Positions 52,700 through 61,416 of a stretch of DNA of 64,000 nucleotides are shown piece after piece (positions within the stretch are counted from its first letter, which is position 1; each line of letters opens with the position of its first letter). The translations under genes and the position numbers were made by a program. The stretch is from Clostridia bacterium (lineage in GTDB: Bacteria; Bacillota; Clostridia; Christensenellales; Pumilibacteraceae). Below the pieces are notes generated by a model, which did not search any database, was not told the origin of the DNA, and saw only the letters and a list, made by a program, of their open reading frames with translations. The stretch is taken from contig CAAGAW010000009.1 of the NCBI GenBank assembly GCA_900767465.1, positions 67,537 to 131,536 on the forward strand, read 5' to 3'.

Positions 52700-52785
52700 G
52701 CGAGGGTGGCGGAACTGGCAGACGCGCTAGTCTCAGACGCTAGTGGTTAATTCTCGTGTGGGTTCAAATCCCATCCCTCGCACCA
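52700..52785 (+). tRNA. tRNA-Leu (anticodon CAG), class II with long variable arm and encoded CCA
   Basis: Manual fold. Acceptor stem GCGAGGG/CCCTCGC. Anticodon stem CTAGT/GCTAG with loop CTCAGAC. Long variable arm. T-loop TTCAAAT. The 3' ACCA is encoded. Very similar to E. coli tRNA-Leu(CAG). Confidence 0.85.
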
Positions 52786-52790
52786 AAGGA

Positions 52791-52821
52791 ATCTCTCACC
52801 GTTTTTCGGCGGGAGATTTTT
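52791..52821 (+). terminator. hairpin plus T-run after the tRNA
   Basis: tctcaccg...cggcgggaga followed by TTTTT. Confidence 0.45.
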
Positions 52822-52982
52822 GCTTGAACAGAAGTGACGGCGACGAAATATCCAAAGCAAACCGTTAGCAAAACGATAACCGCAAACAGTATCGAAAATC
52901 TTAAAAGTAAATCGTTTTTCGTATTGTAAAAGCGGCGGCGGAGTGGTATAATGTCGGTAATAAAACGAAACGGAGGAATCAA

Positions 52983-53927
52983 ATGAAAAAAGTTCTGGTT
53001 ATCGGCGGCACGGGTGCGATGGGAACATATCTCGTTCCGAAACTCGTCGAGCGCGGATATAAGGTGGACGTTATCGCGAACGACGAAGTTTTGCCTGAGA
53101 ATAAAGCAAATCTCACGTATAGCAGAGCCGACATGTACGACGAGAAGCTCGTGCGCGAAACTCTTAAAAACGCGTACGACGGCGTAGTAGATTTTATGAT
53201 TTACGACGATACGAGAATCGCGCGTTATCTGCCGATTTATCTTGACAACACCGATCATTACATTTATTTTTCGTCGTATCGAGTATTCGCGGACAAAGAA
53301 CATCCCATTGTCGAAACTTCGCCGCTCGGCGTGGATGTAAGCGACGATCTCGATTATCGTTACGCGAACGATTACGGCATTTACAAAGCCAAGGGCGAAA
53401 AACTCATTCGCGGATTCGGTCGCAACAACTGGACGATAGTCCGTCCCGCAATCACGTACTCGAAAAAACGCAGTCAGCTTATGACGCTTGAACGTCAGCA
53501 TATTCTCAAGTATCTCGACGCGGGTAAACCTATTCCGCTTTACGAAGGCGCGAAAAACGTTCAGGGAACGATGAGCTGGGCGGGCGACGTAGCCGAAATG
53601 CTCGCGCGGTTGCTGTTTAACCCCGCGGCAATCAAAGAAGATTTCAACGTGACTACGTCCGAACACCACACGTGGGACGAAATCGCAGGTTACTACAAAG
53701 ATATTTTCGGGCTTGACCATGTCTATGTAGGCGAGGACGAATATCTCACCGCACGCGACGGCGTCGTCAACGACTGGAACAAGTGGCAACTTCGCTATGA
53801 CCGTATGTTTGACCGCATAATGGACAACTCGAAAGTGCTTAAGGTAACGGGCATGAAACAATCCGACCTTATCTCGCTCTACGACGGACTCAGCCGCGAA
53901 AAGAAAACCATACTCGAACGCCCGTAA
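52983..53927 (+). CDS. NAD-dependent epimerase/dehydratase family (atypical SDR) protein
   Basis: MKKVLVIGGTGAMGTYLVPKL Rossmann motif, the YGIYK (YxxxK) catalytic motif and a GGAGG RBS. The longer antisense ORF 52764-54167 is rejected. Confidence 0.7.
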   Translation: MKKVLVIGGTGAMGTYLVPKLVERGYKVDVIANDEVLPENKANLTYSRADMYDEKLVRETLKNAYDGVVDFMIYDDTRIARYLPIYLDNTDHYIYFSSYRVFADKEHPIVETSPLGVDVSDDLDYRYANDYGIYKAKGEKLIRGFGRNNWTIVRPAITYSKKRSQLMTLERQHILKYLDAGKPIPLYEGAKNVQGTMSWAGDVAEMLARLLFNPAAIKEDFNVTTSEHHTWDEIAGYYKDIFGLDHVYVGEDEYLTARDGVVNDWNKWQLRYDRMFDRIMDNSKVLKVTGMKQSDLISLYDGLSREKKTILERP

Positions 53928-54012
53928 GTTTATTAACGCCCAAAAAAACGAAAGATCGCCCGAAGCGGCGGTCTTTTTTTCGATTTTAGTACTGAACCGA
54001 TCTGAATCCGAT

Positions 54013-54129
54013 TGTTTCGCTGCCGACTTCGTTCGGTTTGCTATCCTATCGAGGCCGGTGTTCCGATTGAGGGCGCGCAAGCGTAAACACTTGACGAAAT
54101 AGCGGAATTGTGTTACACTATGGATAACG
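54013..54129 (+). repeat. 118-bp direct repeat, copy 1, containing promoter TTGACG-17-TGtTACACT
   Basis: Near-identical to 54881-54999, with one indel and two substitutions by eye. Contains the -35 at 54091-54096 and an extended -10 at 54111-54119. Confidence 0.8.
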
Positions 54130-54260
54130 TGGACAGAAGGTTGGTGGATATTTGGAACGACATACACTTGGAATCAAGCGCAATATCTTGGTGGAACTGT
54201 TGGTAGATATGTTCAATTTAAACTTATATGTGATTTAATGAAATTGGCAAAGAGTTTTTA

Positions 54261-54869
54261 ATGAGAAAAATACAGAATATTATATCAATATTTACTTTAA
54301 CAATTTTATGTTTATCATTTGTTGGATGTTCAAAAGGTTGTTTTGCAAATGAACATAAGTGGCTATATGAAAAAATGAGTGAAATTCCTATTGAATACGA
54401 AGGATATTACTTTGAAAATATATATGGAACAGAGGAAGATGAATCTGCAGCAAGTCAGAATACTATAAAAGAGTATATTTTTAGAGGTAAAACATTAACT
54501 GTCGATGAATATACAATGATTTATGATGAAAACAAAATTGTTATAGATATAAATTTTATTGAACAAAGAAGTCAAGTTTCAAGTTATATCAATCATATAT
54601 GGGATGAGAAGGGTAAAATTAGGACACATCAACCTTGGATTTCCGGGATACAGGTTTTTGATGATAAAATCTTTCTAAGTACTTGTGGCATAGAGACGCA
54701 AATGGCAGGTACAGCGAGAGGCGTAACTCCGTTCGTATTATACTATTATGACATAGATAATGATAAAATTTTATATTGTGGATTTTTTGCAGGGAAACAA
54801 AATGAATATGGGACATATGAAGGGTTCGTTCCAAGGTCTCCTATTCATTTAGTAATTAGAAAAGGATAA
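54261..54869 (+). CDS. hypothetical lipoprotein encoded on an AT-rich (about 30% GC) cassette
   Basis: Signal peptide with lipobox LSFVGC. No recognisable family. Codon usage and GC differ markedly from the flanking roughly 55% GC DNA. Confidence 0.55.
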   Translation: MRKIQNIISIFTLTILCLSFVGCSKGCFANEHKWLYEKMSEIPIEYEGYYFENIYGTEEDESAASQNTIKEYIFRGKTLTVDEYTMIYDENKIVIDINFIEQRSQVSSYINHIWDEKGKIRTHQPWISGIQVFDDKIFLSTCGIETQMAGTARGVTPFVLYYYDIDNDKILYCGFFAGKQNEYGTYEGFVPRSPIHLVIRKG

Positions 54870-54880
54870 GGAGAGAAAAA

Positions 54881-54999
54881 TTGTTTCGCTGCCGACTTCG
54901 TTAGGCTTTGCTATCCTATCGAGGCCGGTGTTCCGATTGAGGGCGCGCAAGCGTAAACACTTGACGAAATAGCGGAATTGTGTTACACTATGGATAACG
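54881..54999 (+). repeat. 118-bp direct repeat, copy 2, containing the same promoter 35 nt upstream of the RBS of the 55035 gene
   Basis: Direct comparison with 54013-54129. Confidence 0.8.
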
Positions 55000-55034
55000 A
55001 ACCTGACTATAATAACAAATAGGAGGATAGCAAA

Positions 55035-55667
55035 ATGAAAAAATTAACCGATCGTCTGAAACCGAACGTTCTGATTATTCTCGGCGCGTTGATGTTTATC
55101 TACTTTCTGAACTGTTTATCCGGCAGAGGCACGGTGCTTGCTCTGGGAATCGGCGCGATAATCGTGTCCGCGTATTATCTTATCGTCGGCGTTTCGCTCG
55201 TAGTATCGGGCGATAAAATTTCGCCGAAAGTCCGCAAGATACTCGGACTGATTTCGGTAACGCTGTTTGCCGCTTTTATGTTCGTTTGCCTTTTGCTTGC
55301 GATCATCAACGCGGCAGACATTATGGGTCCTACGGCGTGGGTAATCAATGTTTTCAGTATGGTTGCGTCTCTCGCGCTTATCGTGGTATTTATCGTTTCC
55401 GAGTTTTCTGCAGAACCGTCCGTTTTTCGTTTTACGTATCTTAGTTCTTTGATTTTCGTTATAACGTTGCTGCTTAATATTCTGTTCGACGCTGTCGGTA
55501 ATTCCGTAACTTTGGGTAGTATAGACGTACTTCTTGTGGTAATTTACGCGCTTTATTCGTTCTATCTTTTCGGGTCGATCGAAAAATCGGAGGAATCGTG
55601 CGGTTGCAAGAAAGACCGGGCGAGTAAAGAAGCGGATTGCGAGGAAACGAGCGGAATTTCCGAATAA
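55035..55667 (+). CDS. hypothetical membrane protein (4-5 TM) with Cys-containing acidic C-terminus
   Basis: AGGAGG RBS. Hydrophobic segments. No family recognised. Confidence 0.5.
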   Translation: MKKLTDRLKPNVLIILGALMFIYFLNCLSGRGTVLALGIGAIIVSAYYLIVGVSLVVSGDKISPKVRKILGLISVTLFAAFMFVCLLLAIINAADIMGPTAWVINVFSMVASLALIVVFIVSEFSAEPSVFRFTYLSSLIFVITLLLNILFDAVGNSVTLGSIDVLLVVIYALYSFYLFGSIEKSEESCGCKKDRASKEADCEETSGISE

Positions 55668-55860
55668 GGCAACGACATAAACCGAGCCGCGGGGTGCAAA
55701 GAAAAACTTTGCGCCTCGTTTTTTTATTGAATCGATTCATAGAGACATTGTTTTTTCGACTCGTTCGGACGAAATAAAACCGACAAAGCAAATCGGGGCA
55801 ATTACCATCCGGGAGAGTAAGGTCTGTAGGCTAAAATTTCAGTTATCCTATGCTAACCAC

Positions 55861-55889
55861 TTGACAAAGTACGAAAAAACGGGTATAAT
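55861..55889 (+). promoter_or_regulatory. promoter TTGACA-17-TATAAT upstream of the DtxR-family regulator
   Basis: Consensus hexamers with a 17-nt spacer. Confidence 0.5.
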
Positions 55890-55920
55890 AGACAAGCACA
55901 GAATGTTCGGAGGCAGGGTA

Positions 55921-56289
55921 ATGAGAACCAAAGAATCGGAGGAAATGTATCTCGAAACGATATACCGTATCGGCAAAACGAAATCTGACGTACACGCGAT
56001 CGACGTTGCCGTCGAACTCGGCTATTCAAAACCGAGCGTTTCCCGCGCGGTCGGATTACTTAAAAAGCGCGGATACATTACGGTTGCGCCGACGGGAGTC
56101 ATTACTCTCACCGAGCAAGGCAAAGCGAAAGCGGAAGGTGTTTTCGAGCGTCACGAGGTTATAACCGCCGCGCTCGAAAAACTCGGAGTTTCGTCCGCCG
56201 AAGCGGAAGAAAACGCCTGTCGTATCGAACACGTTATTACCGAAGCGGCGTTCAGAGCAATAAAAGCGTTCGCGGCGAAAGGGGAATAA
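55921..56289 (+). CDS. DtxR/MntR family metal-dependent transcriptional regulator
   Basis: MYLETIYRIG...VHAIDVAVELGYSKPSVSRAVGLLKKRGYI HTH and a RIEHVI metal-site region. GGAGG RBS before the ATG at 55921. Confidence 0.7.
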   Translation: MRTKESEEMYLETIYRIGKTKSDVHAIDVAVELGYSKPSVSRAVGLLKKRGYITVAPTGVITLTEQGKAKAEGVFERHEVITAALEKLGVSSAEAEENACRIEHVITEAAFRAIKAFAAKGE

Positions 56290-56311
56290 CGGAAATATCG
56301 TAAGGTAACGG

Positions 56312-56337
56312 ATCCCGTCGGAAGCGGCGGGATTTTT
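56312..56337 (+). terminator. rho-independent terminator (atcccgtcg...cggcgggat plus TTTTT)
   Basis: Read from the sequence. Confidence 0.55.
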
Positions 56338-56493
56338 CATATCAAAAAACGGCTGTCTTTATGCAAAAATCGCGTTGCCGTTCGATTTTGCGGCGTTTTC
56401 CGTTGACGGAAAGGCTATAATCGTGGTATAATATAACGAAAAGAAAAAGTCCGGCAAATCGCTTCGGTTCGGGCAAACAATAAGGAGTATGAA

Positions 56494-57387
56494 ATGAAAA
56501 AGATTTTCGTAGTCGGCAGTCTTAATATGGATCTCGTTATCCGCGTTGCCAAAATGCCGCGCGCCGGCGAAACCGTTACCGGCGGGGACTTTATGACTAA
56601 TTCGGGCGGCAAGGGCGCAAATCAGGCTGTTGCCGTGTCCAAACTCGGCGGAAAGGCGTATATGGTGGGTTGTGTCGGTCGCGAATTCGGAGCCGAACTT
56701 ATCGGCGCGCTGGACGGCTACGGCGTAAACACGAAGTACGTTCGCCGTCTTGACGACGTTTCGAGCGGAATCGCGGTTATTACGGTAGAAAACGGCGACA
56801 ACCGCATTATTCTCGACAGAGCGGCAAACGGTCGGATCGATTGCGCCCTTATCGACGAAGCCCTTTCGGAGGCGGACGAGGGCGACTATCTTATGTTGCA
56901 ACTCGAAATCGCGCTCGATATAGTCGAGTATGCGCTTAAAAAGGGTAAAGAGAAGGGTATGATTACCATGCTCAATCCCGCGCCGGCAGCCGAACTTCCG
57001 CCCGAAGTTTTTGCTTTGTGCGATTATTTTACGCCTAATCAGTCGGAGGCCGAATTTTATACGGGCGTTTATCCGAAAGACGAGGAGTCGGCAAAAAAAT
57101 GCGCCGGAATCTTAGCGGGTAAAGGCGTTAAAAACCTCGTCGTCACTATGGGGTCGGAAGGATCGGCAAGCGTAACGGACGGCGTTTTCCGCAAAGTTGC
57201 GGCAAATAAAGTCAAAGCCGTAGATACCACGGCGGCGGGCGATACTTACGTCGGCGCACTCGCGGTTAAACTCGGCGAGGGAGCGGAAATCGAAGAAGCG
57301 ATGATTTTCGCCGGCAGAGCGTCTGCGATAACCGTCACCAGAAAAGGCGCGCAGCAAGCCGTTCCGTTTCGGTCGGAAATAGAATGA
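56494..57387 (+). CDS. rbsK: ribokinase
   Basis: VVGSLNMDLV, GGKGANQAVA and DTTAAGDTYVGALA, the PfkB/ribokinase signatures. Confidence 0.85.
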   Translation: MKKIFVVGSLNMDLVIRVAKMPRAGETVTGGDFMTNSGGKGANQAVAVSKLGGKAYMVGCVGREFGAELIGALDGYGVNTKYVRRLDDVSSGIAVITVENGDNRIILDRAANGRIDCALIDEALSEADEGDYLMLQLEIALDIVEYALKKGKEKGMITMLNPAPAAELPPEVFALCDYFTPNQSEAEFYTGVYPKDEESAKKCAGILAGKGVKNLVVTMGSEGSASVTDGVFRKVAANKVKAVDTTAAGDTYVGALAVKLGEGAEIEEAMIFAGRASAITVTRKGAQQAVPFRSEIE

Positions 57388-57466
57388 AACTCGTATTACG
57401 TTATTGCGAGTTTACGAGAGCTTAAAGCGTGAAACCGAACGGTGCACATAGCGAATAAGAGTTGTT

Positions 57467-58654
57467 ATGAAATCTTTAAAGGAATTATATAAAGCCGGAA
57501 GAGGACCGTCGAGTTCACATACGATAGGACCACAGCTGATTGCCGAAAAAATATTGGAAAAATACGGAAAACGGAGTTATAGCGTAACGCTTTACGGTTC
57601 GCTTGCGCTGACGGGGAGAGGACACGGAACCGACAGGGTTTTAAAGCATGTTCTGGGCGAAGAAACGGAAATACTTTTTGACGAGAAAGAAAGAAACTTA
57701 CGTCACCCCAACGAGATGAAAATATACGCCGTCGTCGGAGGAGAAAGAGAACTCCTTGCAACGGCGCAAAGCGTAGGCGGCGGCGTTATTATAGTAAACG
57801 GTAAAATATATCCCGACGGAGCGGACGTATATAAGGAAAGGAATTTTACGGAAATAAAAGAAGAATTGAACGAAAACGGCGGAGATATCGTTTCTTACGT
57901 GGAAAGAAACGAAAAAGACGTCTTTTCGTATTTAAGAGAAATGTGGCAAATAATGAAAGAGAGCGTAACGTCGGGACTTGCGAAAACGGGGGTTTTGAAC
58001 GGTCGCCTCGGGTTGGCGCGAAAGGCAAAGTCTTTATACGAACAAGAATCGCTGTTTGAAAATGCCATAACTAGAGAAAATCGGATATTATCCGCCTATG
58101 CGCTTGCCGTAGCGGAGGAGAACGCCGATAACGGTGTCGTGGTAACGGCTCCGACCTGCGGATCGGCAGGAGTGTTGCCGTCGATTTTGTATTATATGTA
58201 TAAGGAAAATAACGTCTGCGAGGAAAAGATAATCAAGGCAATGGCCGTTGCGGGCGTTGTAGGCAACGTGGTGAAACATAACGCTTCTATAAGCGGGGCC
58301 GAATGCGGTTGTCAGGCGGAAATAGGAGTGGCGTGCGCTATGTCGGCGGCGGCTCTGGCTTATTTATACGAGCTTGACGTCGAAACCGTAGAATGCGCTG
58401 CCGAAATCGCGCTCGAGCATAATTTGGGGTTAACGTGCGATCCGGTTATGGGATACGTTCAAATACCGTGCATCGAGCGGAACGCTATGGCTGCAAATAA
58501 GGCTGTAAATGCGGTAACGCTTGCGAAGTACTCTAAGGATAAGCACAAAATAGCCTTTGACGATATAGTGAAGGTTATGTATGAAACGGGAAAAGATATG
58601 AATAAAAACTATAAGGAAACGTCTCTCGGGGGTTTAGCGGCGTTATACAGATAA
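57467..58654 (+). CDS. sdaA: L-serine ammonia-lyase, iron-sulfur-dependent (single-chain short form)
   Basis: GRGPSSSHTIGP beta-domain motif plus alpha-domain motifs APTCGSAGVLP and ECGCQAEIGVACAMSAA. Confidence 0.8.
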   Translation: MKSLKELYKAGRGPSSSHTIGPQLIAEKILEKYGKRSYSVTLYGSLALTGRGHGTDRVLKHVLGEETEILFDEKERNLRHPNEMKIYAVVGGERELLATAQSVGGGVIIVNGKIYPDGADVYKERNFTEIKEELNENGGDIVSYVERNEKDVFSYLREMWQIMKESVTSGLAKTGVLNGRLGLARKAKSLYEQESLFENAITRENRILSAYALAVAEENADNGVVVTAPTCGSAGVLPSILYYMYKENNVCEEKIIKAMAVAGVVGNVVKHNASISGAECGCQAEIGVACAMSAAALAYLYELDVETVECAAEIALEHNLGLTCDPVMGYVQIPCIERNAMAANKAVNAVTLAKYSKDKHKIAFDDIVKVMYETGKDMNKNYKETSLGGLAALYR

Positions 58655-58734
58655 CGTCGGTTTCCGAAAGTAAACAGCGTGCGGAACCGCGCATTCGGAG
58701 TAATAAATCGCGCCGCGAAAAAATAGTATAAAGT

Positions 58735-59784
58735 ATGTACAGAATTTTTGCGGTAACCATGCTCGTAGTGGGTACGATAATAGGCGCGGGGTTTGCTTCC
58801 GGCAGAGAAATCGTAACGTTTTTCGGCGAAACGCCTCCGGTAGCGGTAGCGGCGGCGGTTGCGGTGCTCGTTTTTGTTTCGTGCGCAACGTTTTTATTCG
58901 TGGGCAGCAAGGCTTGCGCCGACGATGTAGGTGCGGTAAACCGCAAAATAGCGGGCAGGGCGGAACCGGTATTAAGCGCGCTTATGCTGTTTAATTCGCT
59001 TGTGTCGTTATCCGCAATGCTCGCCGGAACCGACGATCTTCTCGGCGAAATCTTTCCGCTCAAACCGTTATATTCGATAATTTTCGGTGCGCTCGGCGTT
59101 ATCGTCGTTGCCCGCGGACTTGACGGAATAATGAAAGTAAACGTAGTTGTGGTTCCGCTTCTCGCGGCGATAACGGTAATCGTTACGTCTCTTACGATTT
59201 CTTCGCCGTCGTCTGCTTCTTTTACCGCGCTGACGGCGTACAAAAGCCTTACCTACGTCGCTATGAACGCGATTTTGGCAGCGTCCGTCCTCACAACCGT
59301 CCACGGACTCAGCCGCAAACAAATCATGATTTCATCCGCGCTTACGGGCGTTATCATAGGCGGAATCGTGCTGTGCATAATTCTCGCTCTTTGCAGCAGC
59401 GGCGCAGGCAAGGCGGATATGCCGATTATAGAAATGGCAAAACCGCTCGGCGGTTTAACGTACGCTTTTGCGATCGTATCTGTTATGACGGGAATTTTTA
59501 CGACGATGATTTCGGCACATCTTTCGCTGTCGGAATGGGCGGTTTCGCTTTGCGGTAACAAAACTTTTGCGGCGGTGCTTACCGCGATAGTGGCGGAGAT
59601 TGTCGGACTTATAGGCTTCAGAACGGTCGTGGACGTGTTCTACCCGATCGTCGGAGTTGCCGGAGTAGTCTATTTTATAGCATGCCTGGTTTACGTTATG
59701 CCGCGTTCTTCCGCGAAAACATCGTCGTCCAGACCGACCGAAAAACCTCTGCCAAAAAGTCGCCGCGTCGCAAAAACGTTATAA
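58735..59784 (+). CDS. YkvI-like polytopic membrane protein (putative transporter)
   Basis: GTIIGAGFASGREIVTFFG N-terminal motif and 10 or more TM helices. Assignment is from memory of the family. Confidence 0.45.
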   Translation: MYRIFAVTMLVVGTIIGAGFASGREIVTFFGETPPVAVAAAVAVLVFVSCATFLFVGSKACADDVGAVNRKIAGRAEPVLSALMLFNSLVSLSAMLAGTDDLLGEIFPLKPLYSIIFGALGVIVVARGLDGIMKVNVVVVPLLAAITVIVTSLTISSPSSASFTALTAYKSLTYVAMNAILAASVLTTVHGLSRKQIMISSALTGVIIGGIVLCIILALCSSGAGKADMPIIEMAKPLGGLTYAFAIVSVMTGIFTTMISAHLSLSEWAVSLCGNKTFAAVLTAIVAEIVGLIGFRTVVDVFYPIVGVAGVVYFIACLVYVMPRSSAKTSSSRPTEKPLPKSRRVAKTL

Positions 59785-59788
59785 CGTA

Positions 59789-60589
59789 TCATTGTTTTTC
59801 GTACCGGGCGAATAATTTTCCGAGCAATGCCACCACGCCGTACATGCCTGCTGCAAGCACGCATAAAATAACCGTCGCCGTCATAACAAGGTCGATTTTG
59901 AACACCTGCCCGCCGTAAATTATAAGGTACCCCAGCCCCGCGCCCGATACGAGGTATTCGCCCATAATCGTACCCACCCAACTCAGTCCCACGTTGATTT
60001 TCATCAGCGAGGTGAATGCGGGGACGGAAGAGGGGATAACGAGTTTGACGAGAATCTGCCACTTCGTCGCGCCCATGCTTTTAAGAAGAAAAATCTTTCC
60101 GTCGTCCGTTGCGGTAAATGCGGACAGCAGCGACATTATCGTCACGATTATGCATATCATAAACGCCATCGTCACTATCGCTTTCGTTCCCGCGCCCGCC
60201 CAGATTATGATTATCGGTCCGAGCGCGATTTTCGGCAAAGCGTTAAGCACCACGAGGTACGGTTCGGCAACCGCACGCGCCGTTTCGCTCCACCACAAAG
60301 CGACTGCGACGATTACGCCTGCCGCGGTAGAAATCACAAAACCGAGTATGCACTCGTAAAGCGTTATCCAGACGTGCCGCATGAGATCGGCGCCCGCCAT
60401 GCCCGCGAGCGTTTTTATTATGCGGCTCGGGGAGGAAACGAAAAACGAGTCGGCAAGACCTGTGGCGGTGGTCAGTTCCCATACGCCGATAAAAATCACC
60501 AAAAGCGCGACTTGGAGTCCGCGCACTTTCAGTTTGTCTCTTCGCAAAAGCGCGAGATATTTTTCTCTCGAAGTCATCGCTTTTTTCAT
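59789..60589 (-). CDS. ABC transporter permease (NitT/TauT family)
   Basis: Start taken at MKKAMTSREK; ATGA overlap with the upstream ATPase gene. Six TM helices and an IIIWAGAG...ATKWQILVKLVIPSSVP EAA-like region. The ORF-track start at 60835 is too long. Confidence 0.75.
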   Translation of the reverse strand: MKKAMTSREKYLALLRRDKLKVRGLQVALLVIFIGVWELTTATGLADSFFVSSPSRIIKTLAGMAGADLMRHVWITLYECILGFVISTAAGVIVAVALWWSETARAVAEPYLVVLNALPKIALGPIIIIWAGAGTKAIVTMAFMICIIVTIMSLLSAFTATDDGKIFLLKSMGATKWQILVKLVIPSSVPAFTSLMKINVGLSWVGTIMGEYLVSGAGLGYLIIYGGQVFKIDLVMTATVILCVLAAGMYGVVALLGKLFARYEKQ

Positions 60590-61341
60590 CGGTCGTCCTC
60601 CTTGCGGCAAACTTCTTTCCAGATCCGGTCGAAATACCCCGCAAACGTACTTTCTTCCCGTCGTCCGAGCGGCGAATCCGCATTGCTTCCGATAGAAAAG
60701 ATCTTTCGTACCCGCGCGGGACGAGGGGTAAGAACCGCCACGCGATCGCTCATAGCAACCGCTTCGGAAATGTCGTGAGTAACTAAAATCGCCGTCTTTT
60801 TCTCGGCGCGTATTATCGCGTAAACGTCGTCGCAAACGGCAAGGCGCGTCTGAAAGTCAAGCGCGGAAAACGGCTCGTCGAGCAGCAGCAGTTCGGGACG
60901 GAACGCGAGCGTCCGGATGAGGGCGACGCGTTGCCGCATGCCGCCGCTGAGCTCTGACGGATAACGGTTTATAAAATCTTTCAGTCCGTATTTTTCAAGC
61001 AGCGAAACGGCGTAAGCCGCGCTTTCCGCCGTCTTTTCTCTGCGTATTTCAAGCCCGAGCAGAACGTTATCCTCGATCGTCCGCCACGGAAAAAGTTGAT
61101 CGCGCTGAAGCATATATCCGACCGTTTTCCGACCGCTGTTCAGTTCGATTTTGCCGCTTGTAGGCTCTATCAGACCCGCGACGAGCGATAAAACGGTGGT
61201 TTTTCCGCAACCGCTCGGACCTACCAGCGACACGAATTCGCCGCGGCTTACGTTCAGCGAAAAATCTTTCAGAGCCTGCGTTTCGCCCGACGGAGTCTGA
61301 TAGGTAAGACAAAGGTTTTCGATCGAAAGTAAATTTTCCAT
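60586..61341 (-). CDS. ABC transporter ATP-binding protein (NitT/TauT family)
   Basis: GPSGCGKTT Walker A, LSGGMRQRVALIR signature and LLLLDEPFSALD Walker B. Confidence 0.85.
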   Translation of the reverse strand: MENLLSIENLCLTYQTPSGETQALKDFSLNVSRGEFVSLVGPSGCGKTTVLSLVAGLIEPTSGKIELNSGRKTVGYMLQRDQLFPWRTIEDNVLLGLEIRREKTAESAAYAVSLLEKYGLKDFINRYPSELSGGMRQRVALIRTLAFRPELLLLDEPFSALDFQTRLAVCDDVYAIIRAEKKTAILVTHDISEAVAMSDRVAVLTPRPARVRKIFSIGSNADSPLGRREESTFAGYFDRIWKEVCRKEDDR

Positions 61342-61416
61342 TTTTCCTCCGTGTCCCTTCGCGCCGCAGATTCCGATTCTCGCTGCGGCGCGTTAAAATC
61401 GTCGCCGGTTCGTTCG

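Noticed and set aside
52764-54167. 467-aa minus-strand ORF overlapping the SDR epimerase gene
   Set aside because: It is antisense to a well-supported + strand gene with RBS and Rossmann motif. It has no recognisable family and a composition typical of shadow ORFs in GC-rich DNA.
52700-55700. tRNA-Leu as an integration site for a genomic island
   Set aside because: No integrase, excisionase or direct repeat of the tRNA 3' end is seen within the window. The low-GC cassette downstream is flanked by promoter repeats, not by att-like tRNA fragments.
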